From the NCBI GenBank assembly GCA_900088475.1, contig FLMG01003259.1, forward strand, positions 1 to 41,852: a stretch of DNA of 41,852 bases. The letters are read 5' to 3'. Every line of letters starts with the position of its first letter. The stretch's first letter is position 1. Shown here in pieces: positions 1-12,726 of this stretch. The position numbers and the translations under genes were made by a program. This stretch comes from Hyphochytrium catenoides (lineage: Eukaryota; Protista; Hyphochytriomycota). Under the pieces are notes generated by a model. That model saw only the letters and a program-made list of their open reading frames with translations. It searched no databases and was not told the origin of the DNA.

Positions 1-707
1 GCCGCTGTGTGGAAGAACAATAGACTAGACAGAAGAGGCCAGCACAAGGAGGGTCAATTGGCTATTGTTAGCTTAGGGAGCTTCCCACTTCCCTTGGCCG
101 CGAGATGAGCCTTCCCTTGAGAGGAGAGGGTGGGGGACGAGGAGAAGCAGAACGAGAGAGAAGGAGAGAGAGAGCGCCCGAGAGAGAGACAAAGTCAGCA
201 TGGAGAGAGAGAGATGAGCGGTCTACCTCTCGCCTCTGCAACCTTAGTGTGACTGTACCTAAGCATAAATTGGGGGCCTTCTCGCACTCTTTCCAACTTG
301 TTGCATGATCCTCGGTGCCACTGTTTCTCTTTCCACCGCTTCCTCTTCCCGTCCTGACTATTTCTTTATTGTCTTTGTCGTTTTCTCTCGCCCTTGAACT
401 TCCCTAAGGCCAATGAACGTGTAAGAGACAGTGTACAGGAAGAGCAAAACCACCTTCTAGCAGAGAGTCAAGACTTCGGCAGCCAGAAAGTTTTCAGGGA
501 ACCTTAATTCTTCTAGAGGGGCACCGACTGAATACTCCGGCAGGAAAAGAAAGCACGTCCCTAAAAGTATTAATAGCCAGAGCTGCACAGCACATGGGAA
601 CCATATGGAACACGGGAGCAGCCTGTTGTCATAAAGAAAGAAGTGGAGAGTGCGCTGCTGCTAATTTCATTTTGTGCTCGTTACTACCATTGATTAGTAT
701 ACTTTCC

Positions 708-3461
708 TTACGCTACATACACATAGGACTGCACCTGTCCATCTACCCGCTGGATGTACTCCTTGTCTATCAAGATCTCTATGTTCTGCTTGATCTGCTG
801 GACAGATGGCTTGAACATCCTGGAGAGCTGGTTGATGATCTCTGTCACTAGCTGGTTGTGGTCCAAGGCCTTCTTCGTCTTCATGATCCGGACGGCCGCA
901 GCTTGCACAACCATCCTTCTGTCCTCAACTATCTCCTTCTTTGCCACGGCGACCTCCTTAACAGCGTCTGCTGGTGCAGCGGCGGTATGGAGCTTCAGTC
1001 TGGTGCGCTTATTGGAGAAAGAGAAGTTCAGAACGATTTCTGTCTCTCCTGTCATGTTGGACGCATTCTCCTCAGATGCACGGCAGACAAGGACGCCAGC
1101 TCTGAGAATGGGCTCAATGTGCGCCCGAAGTTCTTCCATGCTGAGCCCTAGGCTCCTGCAAATATCCTGAGCAAGGATGCTGTCTAGATCATTAAAGAGT
1201 AGAAGGATCGCCATCTGATAGGTAGAGACTTGAAGCTCATACTTGCTGCTAAAGCAGTTGGCCCGTAGGTCGCCTCTGGATTGCTGATAGAGCCAGTAGA
1301 GCTTGCTACCTGTGTGCTTAGAGTGATAGAACTTCTGGAAGCTCTCCATGCAAGGCTCTAATTCCCTTGGAGTGCGGAAAGCAGCGGTGGCGGAGGGCGT
1401 CTGAATGGGCCAAGATCCTGCTGTTAGCACTAAGACATCAAAGTCGACGTCTCCTAACAGCTCATGCTCATACTCAAGGACAGAGCCTTGTCTTGGCCTT
1501 GGACTCCTGTTGGCTGCGTCCTCCTCGAGGGGCTTCCCTCCATTCCTGACCCATTTCCTGAAGTTGAGGCTAAGATCTGAGCTGAGGCGCTTGTCATTGA
1601 ACATCCGGTTCAGCTTGGAGGCATACTCTATGCCGCAGGTGTCTCTCAGGCTCCTCAACATAAGTTCTTCCATATCATCAGAGATGGACGTGTTCTCAAT
1701 GATTCTCTTGGCATAGAACTTGGAATAGAAGTGCTTGAAAAAGTCTTTGTCATCCAGAAAGCGGAAGATTGTTGCCACGCCTTCAATCTGAGCCTCTATG
1801 ACCGCCTCGTCCTTTGCATGGCGGTGGTGCCGCGGCGTCGTGTCTCCGCTCCCAGCCGCTCCACTCTTATCCAGAAGGCTGTGAGAATAGCGTGCTAGAA
1901 GCTCTGGTGTCCTGCTTCTCATGTTGACAAAGGTCCTGCAGGCTAGGTCGAAGGCTTGTCGGAATAGCGGATGCGTACCAAAGGTGCTGGAGATAAGATC
2001 GTTGAACTGTCCATATAACTTTAGGAGTGCTTCCATGAAAGCTGCAGGCTCCTTGGCAGCATCCGCTTCAGGATATTCATTGATCACAGCAGTTCCTTTG
2101 CTCTCAATAAACTTTTTGACAATGTTCTTCAAAGCGGCAAGACCAATCTTCTCGTCTCTCAGAGAGAGGAGACGGAAGAGGCGCTTGAGATCATCATTCC
2201 TTCCTTCTTCAAGATACACTTCTGCGTCTCCACAGAGCCTCTCTACGTGATCCTCTATCAGCACTCTCTCGCATTCTTGCCTGAGCTTTTTGAGAGTCGG
2301 CTTCGGCAGACACTTTTCGAAGCGCTTCTCATCTGCAGAGAGAATCTCTTCAACTTCACGAAGATAATGTGCGATGGTAAGACGCTGGAGGCTGTCCGCT
2401 GATCGGCGGGAGTAGAACTCGCCTGTAGCCTTGAGGAGGCTCTCTTCGATCTCCTCTCTGTATAGCTTCATCGGGTCGTGCTTGTTGAGTCCCAGCTTAA
2501 GATAAGAGTCCACGATGCTGTAAGCCAGCGAACTCTGCTCAAACGTCTCTTCTTCAGACTCTCTCGCCTTCTTTATGAGCCCAATGAGTCCAGATTTTAC
2601 TCGTCCACGAAGCTTTGTGAAGACGACGTCGCGCCACACGTGCAGAGCGAGCTCTGTGACTGGATAAACACCTGGGATGGGCGTCTGTCCGTTCTCTGCG
2701 TGTGATGTTCTGATCCAATACCGGTTTAGATAGGAGAAAAGTTCTCCGCCATACTTCATGCCTGCCGAAATGTCATATACGGAGAAGGAGTCGTCCAACT
2801 GTTAGAATTGACGTCCCATTAGAGTGAGCCACGAAAGCGAAGAGACAGCGAGGAAGAAAGACGTATCGATAGAAGAGGAGACAGGACAGAGAAAGAGGCA
2901 GTACGGAGCGAGCAAGTGCCAGAGAAAGAGAGCAAGCGAGAGAGAAGGAGAGCACCCAGCGGGGGAGAGCTCGCAAGCGAGACAAACACAGCAAAAGAGA
3001 GAGAGGAGGAGAAAAGAAGAGAGAGACCAGGCAGATGAGGGAGCCTTGGGGGGCGCGAACGACGAAAGAGAGAGATGTCTGTCGATGATCGTGAGAGCGA
3101 GAGTGAGAGAGAGAAAGGTAGAAGTGGCCAAACAGAAGCACAAGCAACGGGTCCCACCTGTGAAGTAATTGGAGAATGCGGAGGCATAATGTATAAGCAG
3201 ATCGCCCTCAGAGGGCACAACCCAGAGCTGATCTCTCAATCTCCCGCAGTACTTCTCAAGCATCGCCTTGAGACGGAAGTAGAGCTGCTCAGACTGCGGG
3301 TTGGAGGCATTGGTACAGATCTTATACACGGCAGTATAGTGGTGCATCCACTCATCGTTCGTCAGCCCGCGGCCAATATCGCTGATCAATGGGAGAAGAG
3401 CTCTCTCTAGATCGGCCCACGCCGTCTCAAAGTTCACGGGTTTGCTGTTTAGAAGAGGCAT
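708..3461 (-). CDS. Cullin (CUL1/CUL2-like), 2 exons (3461-3158, 2761-708)
   Basis: N-terminal cullin repeat (FETAWADL...WMHHYTAVYKICT) joins in frame over intron 3157-2762 (GTGGG...TTCTAAC...GCAG) to YLNRYW. Also present: PELLARYSHSLL, DKDFFKHFYSKFYAKR, VLTAGSWP and the neddylation motif AVRIMK...IEILIDKEYIQR. Confidence 0.93.
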
Positions 3462-3729
3462 CACGGAGACGCTGCTCCACCTCCGAAGCGGGAGAGCAGA
3501 TGTATGAGAGAGTTCACGCTTTGTGCGACGGACTTGTCTTCGACAGGCGAGGCAAAAAATGAGAGAAACTACTACTCGGCTCTAATATTGACCAGAGCTC
3601 GACCTTCACCAGAGATGAGAGCGACCGAAGAGAAAGAAACTGCTCGGTCCAACTCTGACGGGCAGGAAGGCCAAAACCGAGCCAGCGAAGAGGTGCGATG
3701 CAAGATGGAGAGACCGCACAGAATCCTAT

Positions 3730-4060
3730 AGGACAGAGAGAGAGAGAGAGAGAGAGAGAGGACCGTTGGCGGTGACTTTCTTTAGGTTTGGATCTCGAGC
3801 TGCTGTGGGGCTGTCGGCGCACCTTGGCGGCGAATGTGGCTGCGGGTGATCGCGGATGGCATTTGCTGCCAAGAGAGCAAGGAGTTAGGAGACCAAAGAA
3901 CCTTACAGCAGACAGACAGACAGTGCAGAGGTGAGAGACTGTGGAGAGAAGAGAAACTCTCAGAGAGAGAAAGAGCAAAAGAGTGGAGACAGGGAGAGAG
4001 AGAGAGGGGAGAGAGANNNNNNNNNGAGACAGAGAGAGAGAGAGAGAGAAAAAGGGGGAG
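3730..4060. repeat. (GA)n/(TC)n microsatellite-rich tract upstream of the cullin ATG, containing assembly gap 4017-4025
   Basis: Runs of gagaga directly visible, with an N stretch inside. Confidence 0.9.
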
Positions 4061-5005
4061 GTGATGCAGGCGAAGAGTTTTGCAGCGGTCAATCGGAAGA
4101 AGAGACAGAAACAGAGAAGCTGGCGAAGAGCCAGAGGAATGAGGAGATAAGCTTCAGGCCGTATTTATCTATAAGATTTATTAAGATAGAGAGTGCGAGA
4201 TATAGGGTACTGGGTTGGAGAAAAATAGCCTTTGGATAATATCAACAAACTAAGCGCCTGCCAAACGTATGCCGATGCCTGGTGCTTTACTTGTCTATAT
4301 CAGCTTCTGCCTCTCACATTAGGGCCTGAGATTAACCGCCCTCTACCTTCGTCATTGTAGGTCCGTCGCTCTTCGGTGTAACCTGAACTTGCGCCGCCCT
4401 GGGCAGTAACGGACCTATAGGATCTGGCAAACCACCTCCATAGTAGTGGAGAAGACTCCGATATATAAGCCTCCTGGCTGTTCCTAGTTAACCACTATGA
4501 GGCCACAAATGATGACATTTGACTGTGCTATTTGAGTGACAACTATCGGACTAAACTAGAACCCGTAAGATGTGGGTCTGTTACGGATCCCTCCCAAAGT
4601 AGCAGCAACCCAGAACCTCCCAGCAGCGCCACCATCGCCTTGGCATTGGCATTGGCAGCCGGTGTTAGGCACTTCCTTCAGGTCTATGAAAGAAGGGCAG
4701 CTTTGGTTCCTTCCATGCTTAGTGGTCAGGGCCCATGTGCTACTAAGATAGTCGAAGGAGACCAATATCTTTCCTTTCTTTTATAGAGCTTCAGTATTGC
4801 GTTTCAGATGTGCTGACATGCAGACATCCACTGCAAGTCTAGGCACGATTGAGGAAGCCCATTGATCGCTGTTTAGCCCATAGACCCTAGTTTAAGGTTG
4901 CCATGGAGATGGAGTACATTGGTCCTATCATCCATCAGGGTGGCTCATGAGGGCATAAAGTCCAAGGAGAATGATACGATTACTATGTGATAAGTAGGCA
5001 CCTCA

Positions 5006-7116
5006 CTAGACGTTCACCGCTCGCGCCAGCTTTTGAATGCGATTGAGCAGCAAGTCTCCTTGTTTGATGACCTCTTGATATTGCGCGTTCTTCGCATCTG
5101 GACGGTTGGTCTCAATGACGCCTTTGACCTTGTCGATCTTCGCGTTCAGTCTCCCGGCAGCGATAAAGCGTGATAGTTCCCTACAAAGAGCAAGTGGTGC
5201 AATTAGGACCTGTATTCAAAGAGGTCTCTCATTTCGGCTTACTTGTCTAAAAAGGGGACAGTGATGCCAAATGCCCTAGCCATGGACTGCATAGTCACAC
5301 TGGGTCGAGGAGTGGGTTAGTTCTACTATTCCAAAAGAGATCCCAGAGAGCGGGAAGAGTAAAATCTGGGGCAGTCACCTGCGATAAGACTCTAAGAATT
5401 GTCCGTAAGCAAGCACACGATACTCTCGAATAATGTAGCGCAGATGCTGGGATAGATAGACATCCTTTCTGATCCATTCATGAAGATCCACTGCCATCCA
5501 CAATATCAGAGCGGTCAGTTTTCTTAGCCGCAACGAAATGCGAGCTGCCGAGAAGTGCGAGCTGCGGGTTCAATCTGCAAGAAGACGTACCCATAGCCTC
5601 GAAAAACTTTCTATACTCGCAATCATAGAGAGATCTGAGAAACTTTTGCAGCGACTTCTCCTCCAGAACGACTGCGAGGACTTCGGGAGAATCCACCACC
5701 TGTGTGACACACCGTTTTGATTAGAGTCATACAGAGCGAGGAACAACAACGTCCGATGAAAGAAACACTGGGTAACAACCAAAGAAAAGCAAGGCCAACG
5801 ACAGAAGGCTGACGACAGGGGGAACGGTCAAGCAACATGGCGCACGGGGACAGAAAAAGGAGGACCACTGGGTACTATGTATGCATATGGAGCGAGAGGG
5901 AAGAGAGAGAGAGAGACAGAAAAGAGAAGAGACAGAAAGAGGAAGATAGAGGGAGGGAGAGAAAAGGAAGGGAGTTTAGACTATGGCTACCATATTACCT
6001 TCTTCTTCAGAGTAACCCTGTCGAGCACCAGCATGGAGACAATGACGGTATAATAGACGAACCTCTCAAAAGGGTAGAGCTCTGAACAACTGAAAGTTGC
6101 AACACATTCCTGGAGACGAAGACGATTAGGATCTCAGCCGTAAAAAAAGATAGCCCGAGGTTGGAGAACGGTTCAGTAGCATTGTCGCGATTTATCTTAC
6201 CAAAAGCAGAGATGAGGCGCCTTTGATGTCCCTCGTTTGCATCAGGTAGGTTCCCTCATATACTTTTAGTCTATTCCTTCGATCCCAGTCTCCCCCCTCA
6301 TCGATCAACCTGTACAGGGGCATCAAGAAGTCAGTGCAAGTCGAACGGGTAGCTGCTTGCCCGTGTTGCTTTTCCAACGTACTTCTTGGCTTTTTCAATG
6401 TTGTCCTTGATAAGTTGTGAATTGCCGTGGAAGAAGCCTATTCTAATCAAGTGAAGGACCAACGTAATCTTTTGATTCACTGATTGAGGCTTCTTTTCTA
6501 CTTCGCTGAAGGCCTCCAGGGCTCTTTCCTAACATATTTAGTCGTCAGGGCCATAGCACAAGATGTTGTGACGCATCACCCTCACCTCATCTCCAATTCG
6601 TGAGTACATCTTCGCCTTCATATATAGTGCCTGTAAGACCTCCATGTCTCCCAGATTGGCAACAGCATCATCGTGCTTTGCCTCGATAGACTTCAGCTCC
6701 TCCTCATTAGCTGCTCTGTAAGAAAGAGGTCAAACTACATGTCTGGAACTCTCTAGGAAACGCTGCTTCACCTCATCTTCTTTAATAGTGAGTCATCAAG
6801 CTTCCAGCCCAGTTCCTGACATATCTTCTCGTAGAACGGAGCCATGTCTTTACACAAGAGCGTCAATAGCAGTACATTTAGGGGCGGTTCATATGCCATG
6901 CTTACTGTCTTTCTCGATAATTTGAAGGAGCTGTTTCTCGATCTCCTTCTTCTTCTCTGGAGACTCAACCGTATAAAGGAACCTGGAATCCAATCAGCTT
7001 GAATATTTGGACAGAGGATTAGAATTTCAATACCTCATATTGTGGACCTCCATATTGGGCAATCTCTCAATCTCCTCCTCGTCCAGCATCTCCACTTTGG
7101 CGTCCTCTTCTGCCAT
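5006..7116 (-). CDS. RPN7: 26S proteasome regulatory subunit RPN7/PSMD6, 11 exons
   Basis: Spliced translation MAEEDAK...[10 protein letters not shown]...[19 protein letters not shown]...VVDSPEV...[21 protein letters not shown]...[57 protein letters not shown]. All 10 GT-AG introns are phase-compatible. Confidence 0.96.
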
Positions 7117-7920
7117 CTTGTGAGTGGTCCGGAATATCCGCTATAAGCCCCGCTAGTTCTATGCCTATGCCTTTGTCTAGTGAACGTTGTCGACAGGTGA
7201 CGTATCTCTGTGACTAACCCGGTGACTTCAAGCGATCACGATGGATCCATAAAGCTTCATCTCGCCTGGAAATCTTCACTTTACAGTCTCTACCTGCAGA
7301 ACTCTATTAATATTACTTGAAATCTGCAAGAAGTCGAAGGAAGAAAGATCAGCAGCGGCGCCCCTAACATTGACACTGGCATCCTCTAGGGAAGAATGTA
7401 AGCGTCATATAAAGAATGATATATGGCTTTATCCCAAATCCCAGAAGGTTCGTCAACGGTTATACAGGATATTGGGTCGGATGGGCTGATGCGAACGGAT
7501 ATGGGTGGGGGAACTGTTGTGAAATATCCTTTCAACGATCTGCTGAGATCCAGAATCTGCATAGATGATTTGCAAGATTGTTTGGCATTTCCAGAACTTC
7601 TCCAGGAGTGAAGAAGACTCCGCAATGTTGCTTCTCTCATGATAAGAATTAGAACTACAGAGGCAGGTCAACTGGCGGAGCCTTGACTTTATAGGGTTTG
7701 GAGGGAAAAGGCAAAAGATGTCAAAAGATCATCGTCCGTCCATTCTCTTTGTTCGGAGACGAAGAAAGAGCTTGCTCAACGTAGCCAGAGCTCGACTGGA
7801 TTGCCTCTTTCTGAAGCTTTTGAGGCGTATAACTCTCGTCTGTCTCCATATTAGCTTCTTTCAGGACAAGTTGTTTGCATCAGAAGCTGATCTGGTGCTC
7901 ATCCAAGGGCTGAGGGAAAG
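7117..7920. promoter_or_regulatory. Head-to-head intergenic region between RPN7 and CCT5 (probable bidirectional promoter)
   Basis: Divergent ATGs at 7116 (-) and 7921 (+), about 0.8 kb apart. Confidence 0.5.
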
Positions 7921-10675
7921 ATGTCTATGATCTTTGATGAGTTCGGTCGTCCTTATATCATTATCAAGGACCAAGGCAAGGAAGAACGCCTGAAGGGACT
8001 TGATGCACAGAAGGCCAACATTCTGGCTGCTAGGACAGTATGTGGTCTCCTCAGAACATCGCTAGGACCCAAAGGTACTTGGAAACTTTCGGTATTGGCT
8101 GGTCATTGATAAAGCAAAGGAGTCTTTACTATCCCTCTGTGGATGCTAGGCATGGATAAGATGCTCGTCAGCAAAGACGGAGACGTGACAATCACCAACG
8201 ATGGAGCCACCATTCTGGAGAAGATGGATGTGGAGCATCAAGTTGCCAAGCTGATGGTGGAGCTGTCAAAGTCGCAAGATGATGAGGTAAGGGCGATCGG
8301 GCTTTTTCACTCTTCAAGTCACTCTAATCCGTCCATCCTAGATTGGTGATGGTACTACAGGCGTAGTGGTGCTTGCAGGTGCTCTTCTAGAGCAGGCTGA
8401 GAAGCTACTAGAGAAGGGCATCCACCCAGTCAGAATAGCAGATGGTTTTGAGGAGGCTGCCGAATATGCCTGCAAGTATATGGAAAAGATTGCAGATAAC
8501 ATCGCCTTCACAAAGGACAACCTAGAGCCTCTCCTGGAGACGGCCATGACTACGCTAAACTCTAAAATTATAAATGTGGCCAAGCGTAAGATGGCAGAGA
8601 TAGCAGTGCAGGCAGTATCAAGCGTCTGCAACTGGGACAGAAGAGACGTAAACTTTGACCTAATAAAGGTTGAGGGCAAGACGGGAGGCAGCTTAGATGA
8701 CACACAGCTAATCAAGGGCATCGTCATTGACAAAGACATCTCGCACCCTAACATGCCCAAGGTCATCCATGATGCAAAGATTGCCATTCTGACATGCCCA
8801 TTCGAGCCACCAAAACCTAAGGTAATCCCTTCGAAGCTATGGAGTTTGATACCAGCACAACAGCTTGGGCGTTAGTGCCTTCCTTGGTGCTGATGCGTTT
8901 CCTCTCTCTCTATAACCGCTGTGCCTTTTTCCTATCCTGTACCCCTGAGTTCTGTGCCCTGCCCAAAGTTGTAAAGAGGGAGGCTCATATATCCTCTGTA
9001 GACCAAGCATAAGCTCGACATCACAAGTGCAGAAGCGTATGAAAAACTCTACGAGCAGGAGCAAAACTACTTCAAGACCATGGTGAAGCAGGTGCGCAAG
9101 GGAACCGTAGCTTCCATTTCCTTTCCTCTCTTGATCATCCATAACACCTTACCGTCATTGCACACGCTGGCCCCATCATATTCTTTAATCAGCCTTTCTT
9201 GATAAAGATTATTGGATGCATTATCCGTGAGCTTTGCTCATGAAGAATCCCTTGAAGCCCTTGTTTCGTTCTTACCATCTTCTGCTGCCTATCCTTCCCT
9301 GATTCTCGTCACAGGTCAAGGATAGCGGTGCCAACCTTGTTATCTGCCAGTGGGGCTTTGATGACGAGGCAAACCACCTCCTTCTGCAGAACAAGCTGCC
9401 TGCAATTCGCTGGGTAGGAGGCGTGGAGCTGGAGCTCATTGCCATAGCCACTGGAGGTAGGATTGTGCCGCGGTTCGATGAGCTTTCTCCAGAGAAGCTT
9501 GGCAAAGCAGGTGAGTGAAGACGAGACAACGCCACCGAGGAAACAAGTTTCCTCCTTAGACAGCGTTTACGGCCTCCCGTTACATCGTACTTCTGTCTTT
9601 GCCAGTGTCAAAATCCTTCATCCTGCCTTGTCAGTGGAAAAGGCTTGCCACATGTTAGACTTATTTCGCGAAGAGCTCTTTATCCATCTCCGTCCGTAGT
9701 TTTTTGCGTCCATCACATTCCTAGTCGTAGATGATGCTAATTCTTCTTCCTCCTCTGCCGTAGGCATTGTGCGGGAAGTCTCCTATGGCACCACCACTGA
9801 CAGAATGATTGTCATTGAGGACTGTGTAAGCTCCTCAGCCGTCACAGTGCTGGTCCGAGGAGGGAACAACATGATTGTAGAGGAAGCCAAGCGTTCACTG
9901 CATGACGCTATGTGCGTCGTCAGGAACCTTATCAGAGACAGTAGAGTGGTTTATGGCGGTGGAAGTGTGGAGGTGGCTTGCTCTATCCAGTTAAATGAGT
10001 ACGCAGACAGCATCGCAGGCATGGAGCAGGTACGAGGAAGTCTAACGGTTTGGCATGGGGTCTATCACTCTTTCAAAGTCCTGGATTCAAGCGTTACAAT
10101 GTGCCTACTAGATTAGCACTTTTCCGCTCTTCTGGCTCTTGGTCTTTCTCGTAATTGGGCGGCGCTCTCGTCCTCTTCCCTTTAGGCTCTCTGTGCTTGA
10201 TTCACTTACTTGTGCCCTCACTCCTACTCGTTGCTGCCACCATAGTATGCTATCCGGGCCTTTGCTGATGCCCTGGAGGATCTGCCCATGGCTCTTGCGG
10301 AGAACTCTGGCCTCTCTCCTATCTCCTCTCTGTCTGACGTGAAGTCACGGCAGATTGCAGAGAAGAATCCACATCTAGGTGTTGACTGTATGCAGGCAGG
10401 AACCAACGGTAAGATAGAAACCTCAGTAATTAGGCGACAACACGGCTTAAGGAGAAGAGAAAGAAGCCTCCGGCGAGGACGATACAGCCTTACTTCTATC
10501 CTCTACTTTCCCACTCGTCTTTGACTTTTACACTCTTTCCTCACTCTCAGACATGAAAGCGCAAGGCATCTTTGAGACTCTACGGGGCAAGCAGCAGCAG
10601 TTCATGTTGGCTACTCAGGTCGTGAAGATGATTCTCAAGATTGACGATGTGATTCTGATGGGTCAGTACGACTAA
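7921..10675 (+). CDS. CCT5: T-complex protein 1 subunit epsilon, 8 exons
   Basis: [12 protein letters not shown]-terminus, [61 protein letters not shown] and [13 protein letters not shown]; 7 GT-AG introns. Confidence 0.97.
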
Positions 10676-11010
10676 GGGATAGAGGCAGCCCACGTTTGAT
10701 TGATAAAGCAGCAAGGCAATAAAGTGGCACTTTTTGATGGACGCAAGCGCTGATTGTACCAGCACAGTTAGTAGGGATCCACGATAACGTGGAGAATGAG
10801 TCCATCCTCAGCCTCTATAAACTTCTTTCTCAAGCTCGTCTTCCCTACTTCCTTACCATCCGACTTTTCTTCAAGTTCCCTCCTCAATCAATTCTGTCCG
10901 TATGTATCTACCTCCCGAGCCCTAGACCGTCCTACCGCTATCAGCACGAGCTCTCTATCCCTATTCCTGCCAGCGGATCTTTGCGTTTAGTGAGGTGGCA
11001 TCTATCAATG

Positions 11011-11949
11011 TCAGGAAGCGGCGCCTGGGTGGAGACTGTTGGTAGCAATAAGAGCAGAGGAAGGAATGTACGCCACTGTGGCCTTGCTGTTAAGGCTAGC
11101 CAGCGCCTCTTGTTGCTGTCTGCTGGACATATAGCCCGAGAGAAGAGTTAGCGCTGTCTCTGGCGGCATCTTGTCCTTCATTTTCTCCACCATGGATTGC
11201 AGGCTGTCAATTAGTGCTTGATTCCTGGTACTCTCTATCTGAGAACGCGTCTGCGCCTCCTGCAGGAGCTTCCGTTGCTGAGCTTCATGCTCCATTGCTT
11301 CGAGCTCTAGCTGAGTCTTCTTCAGCTGCTTCTGCAGCTCGGCTCGCAGCAGAGCCTCCTGTCGCTCATATTCAAGCTTAGACTTGGCCAGTTTACTTCG
11401 CGCCTCTTCCTCCACGATACTCTGCGCAGCTTTATCCAGAGAAGCAGGGAAGGCAATCTTCTCCATTTTAAGCGCTGAGATCTTGATGCCTAATCGCCCC
11501 ATCTCCTTGTTAAGATCCTCTAGAGTCTGTTCGATAACTTCAGGAAGGCGGATGCGAACATCTTCAGTGCTAAAGTTCCTGGACTTAGTGCCCAGAAGGT
11601 CGCACAGCGTGTGCTTGAGGATCTCTAGAGAGTTGGACGAAGCCATCGTAAACCTCTTCCCGTCCGTGACATAGTAATGCACGATGAGATCAACCAGAAT
11701 GGTCAGATTCTCCCTTGTTACCAAGCGAAAAGCCGGAACGTCATAGACAGACAAGGCTAGAGAGAAGATCTCCACGGTGTCAATCAAGGGAAAGCTCCAG
11801 AAGAGAGCTCTGCGGTCAATGACAGAGACAGAGCCAAAGCGCGTGACCACTGCGGCTTGGAAAGGCTTTAGCACGACCAAGCGGATGATGAAGACTCTCA
11901 GCATAAGTAAGGAGATGGGAAGGATGAGGAGAGAAAGGAAGAGACTCAT
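11011..11949 (-). CDS. SPFH/band-7 (stomatin/prohibitin-like) membrane protein, intronless, 312 aa
   Basis: N-terminal hydrophobic anchor, AAVVTRFG, FPLID, LVTRENLTILVDLIVHYYVTD, LGIKISALKMEKIAFP, then a coiled coil. Confidence 0.85.
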   Translation of the reverse strand: MSLFLSLLILPISLLMLRVFIIRLVVLKPFQAAVVTRFGSVSVIDRRALFWSFPLIDTVEIFSLALSVYDVPAFRLVTRENLTILVDLIVHYYVTDGKRFTMASSNSLEILKHTLCDLLGTKSRNFSTEDVRIRLPEVIEQTLEDLNKEMGRLGIKISALKMEKIAFPASLDKAAQSIVEEEARSKLAKSKLEYERQEALLRAELQKQLKKTQLELEAMEHEAQQRKLLQEAQTRSQIESTRNQALIDSLQSMVEKMKDKMPPETALTLLSGYMSSRQQQEALASLNSKATVAYIPSSALIATNSLHPGAAS

Positions 11950-12169
11950 CGTACTTAAACCTTGCTGTCTAGATGGAGCTGGAACTTAGCGCTGATGGAC
12001 TGGAGAAGAAGTTGGCGGGAATAAGGTGAGGACAGGAGCGAAGATGTGAGAGAGGAGTCAGGCGGAGAGTGGGCAGCAGCCGGGGAAAGAGTTAGACAGG
12101 CCGGCACCAGAGACACTGATGAAGGGATTTCAAGAGGAGGCAAGCGAGGTTGTGAAGAACGAAGAGAGC

Positions 12170-12171
12170 AT

Positions 12172-12219
<48 letters not shown>

Positions 12220-12256
12220 GAGAGAGACACACAGAGAGACAGAGAGAGAGAGAGAG
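12170..12256. repeat. (GA)n microsatellite upstream of the SPFH gene
   Basis: Directly visible. Confidence 0.9.
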
Positions 12257-12726
12257 TAGGAGCAGGGGCCTTAGAAAGCCAGTGAACAAGACCTGGGAAA
12301 AGATAAACAGAACCTTTCGATGTATGTGTATGTTTGTCTGTACCGGTGTTATCTATGATAATTCAAACCCACACTACTTACATGATCAAGAGTTACAGGA
12401 GTGTATGTTGGCAGAGTGTTTGTCCTCTGACTAAAGAGTCGGGAAGCACAGCCAAAGAGAAAAGAGAAGAGCTTACCTCTCTCTCTCCTCCGGCCCCGCC
12501 TGTCTTTCTCTCTCTCTTTTCCTCCCTAACTCTTTCTTCAGTAGGATACGTCTCACCTCTCCCGTTATCAGGATATTGAAAGCCATCGCGTCTCTCGTCT
12601 TGCTTACATCTCTCTCGATGCCACAGTGAAGAAACCTTCAGCGTTCGCCTGGCTGAAGCTTCATCTAGGGAAGTTCTCCGCGGCATCTTCAAAAAGCTAG
12701 CAATCTTCGCTACCTTTCTCTTAAAT

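Noticed and set aside
1-460. Possible minus-strand exon (~403-228) flanked by splice signals
   Set aside because: No consistent upstream frame or recognisable product; it may be UTR.
4508-4600. AATGATGA C-box-like motif with a nearby hairpin
   Set aside because: No CTGA D box at a snoRNA-compatible distance and no terminal stem.
7386-7671. Short overlapping ORFs as a transposon relic
   Set aside because: No RT, integrase or transposase motif, and no terminal repeats.
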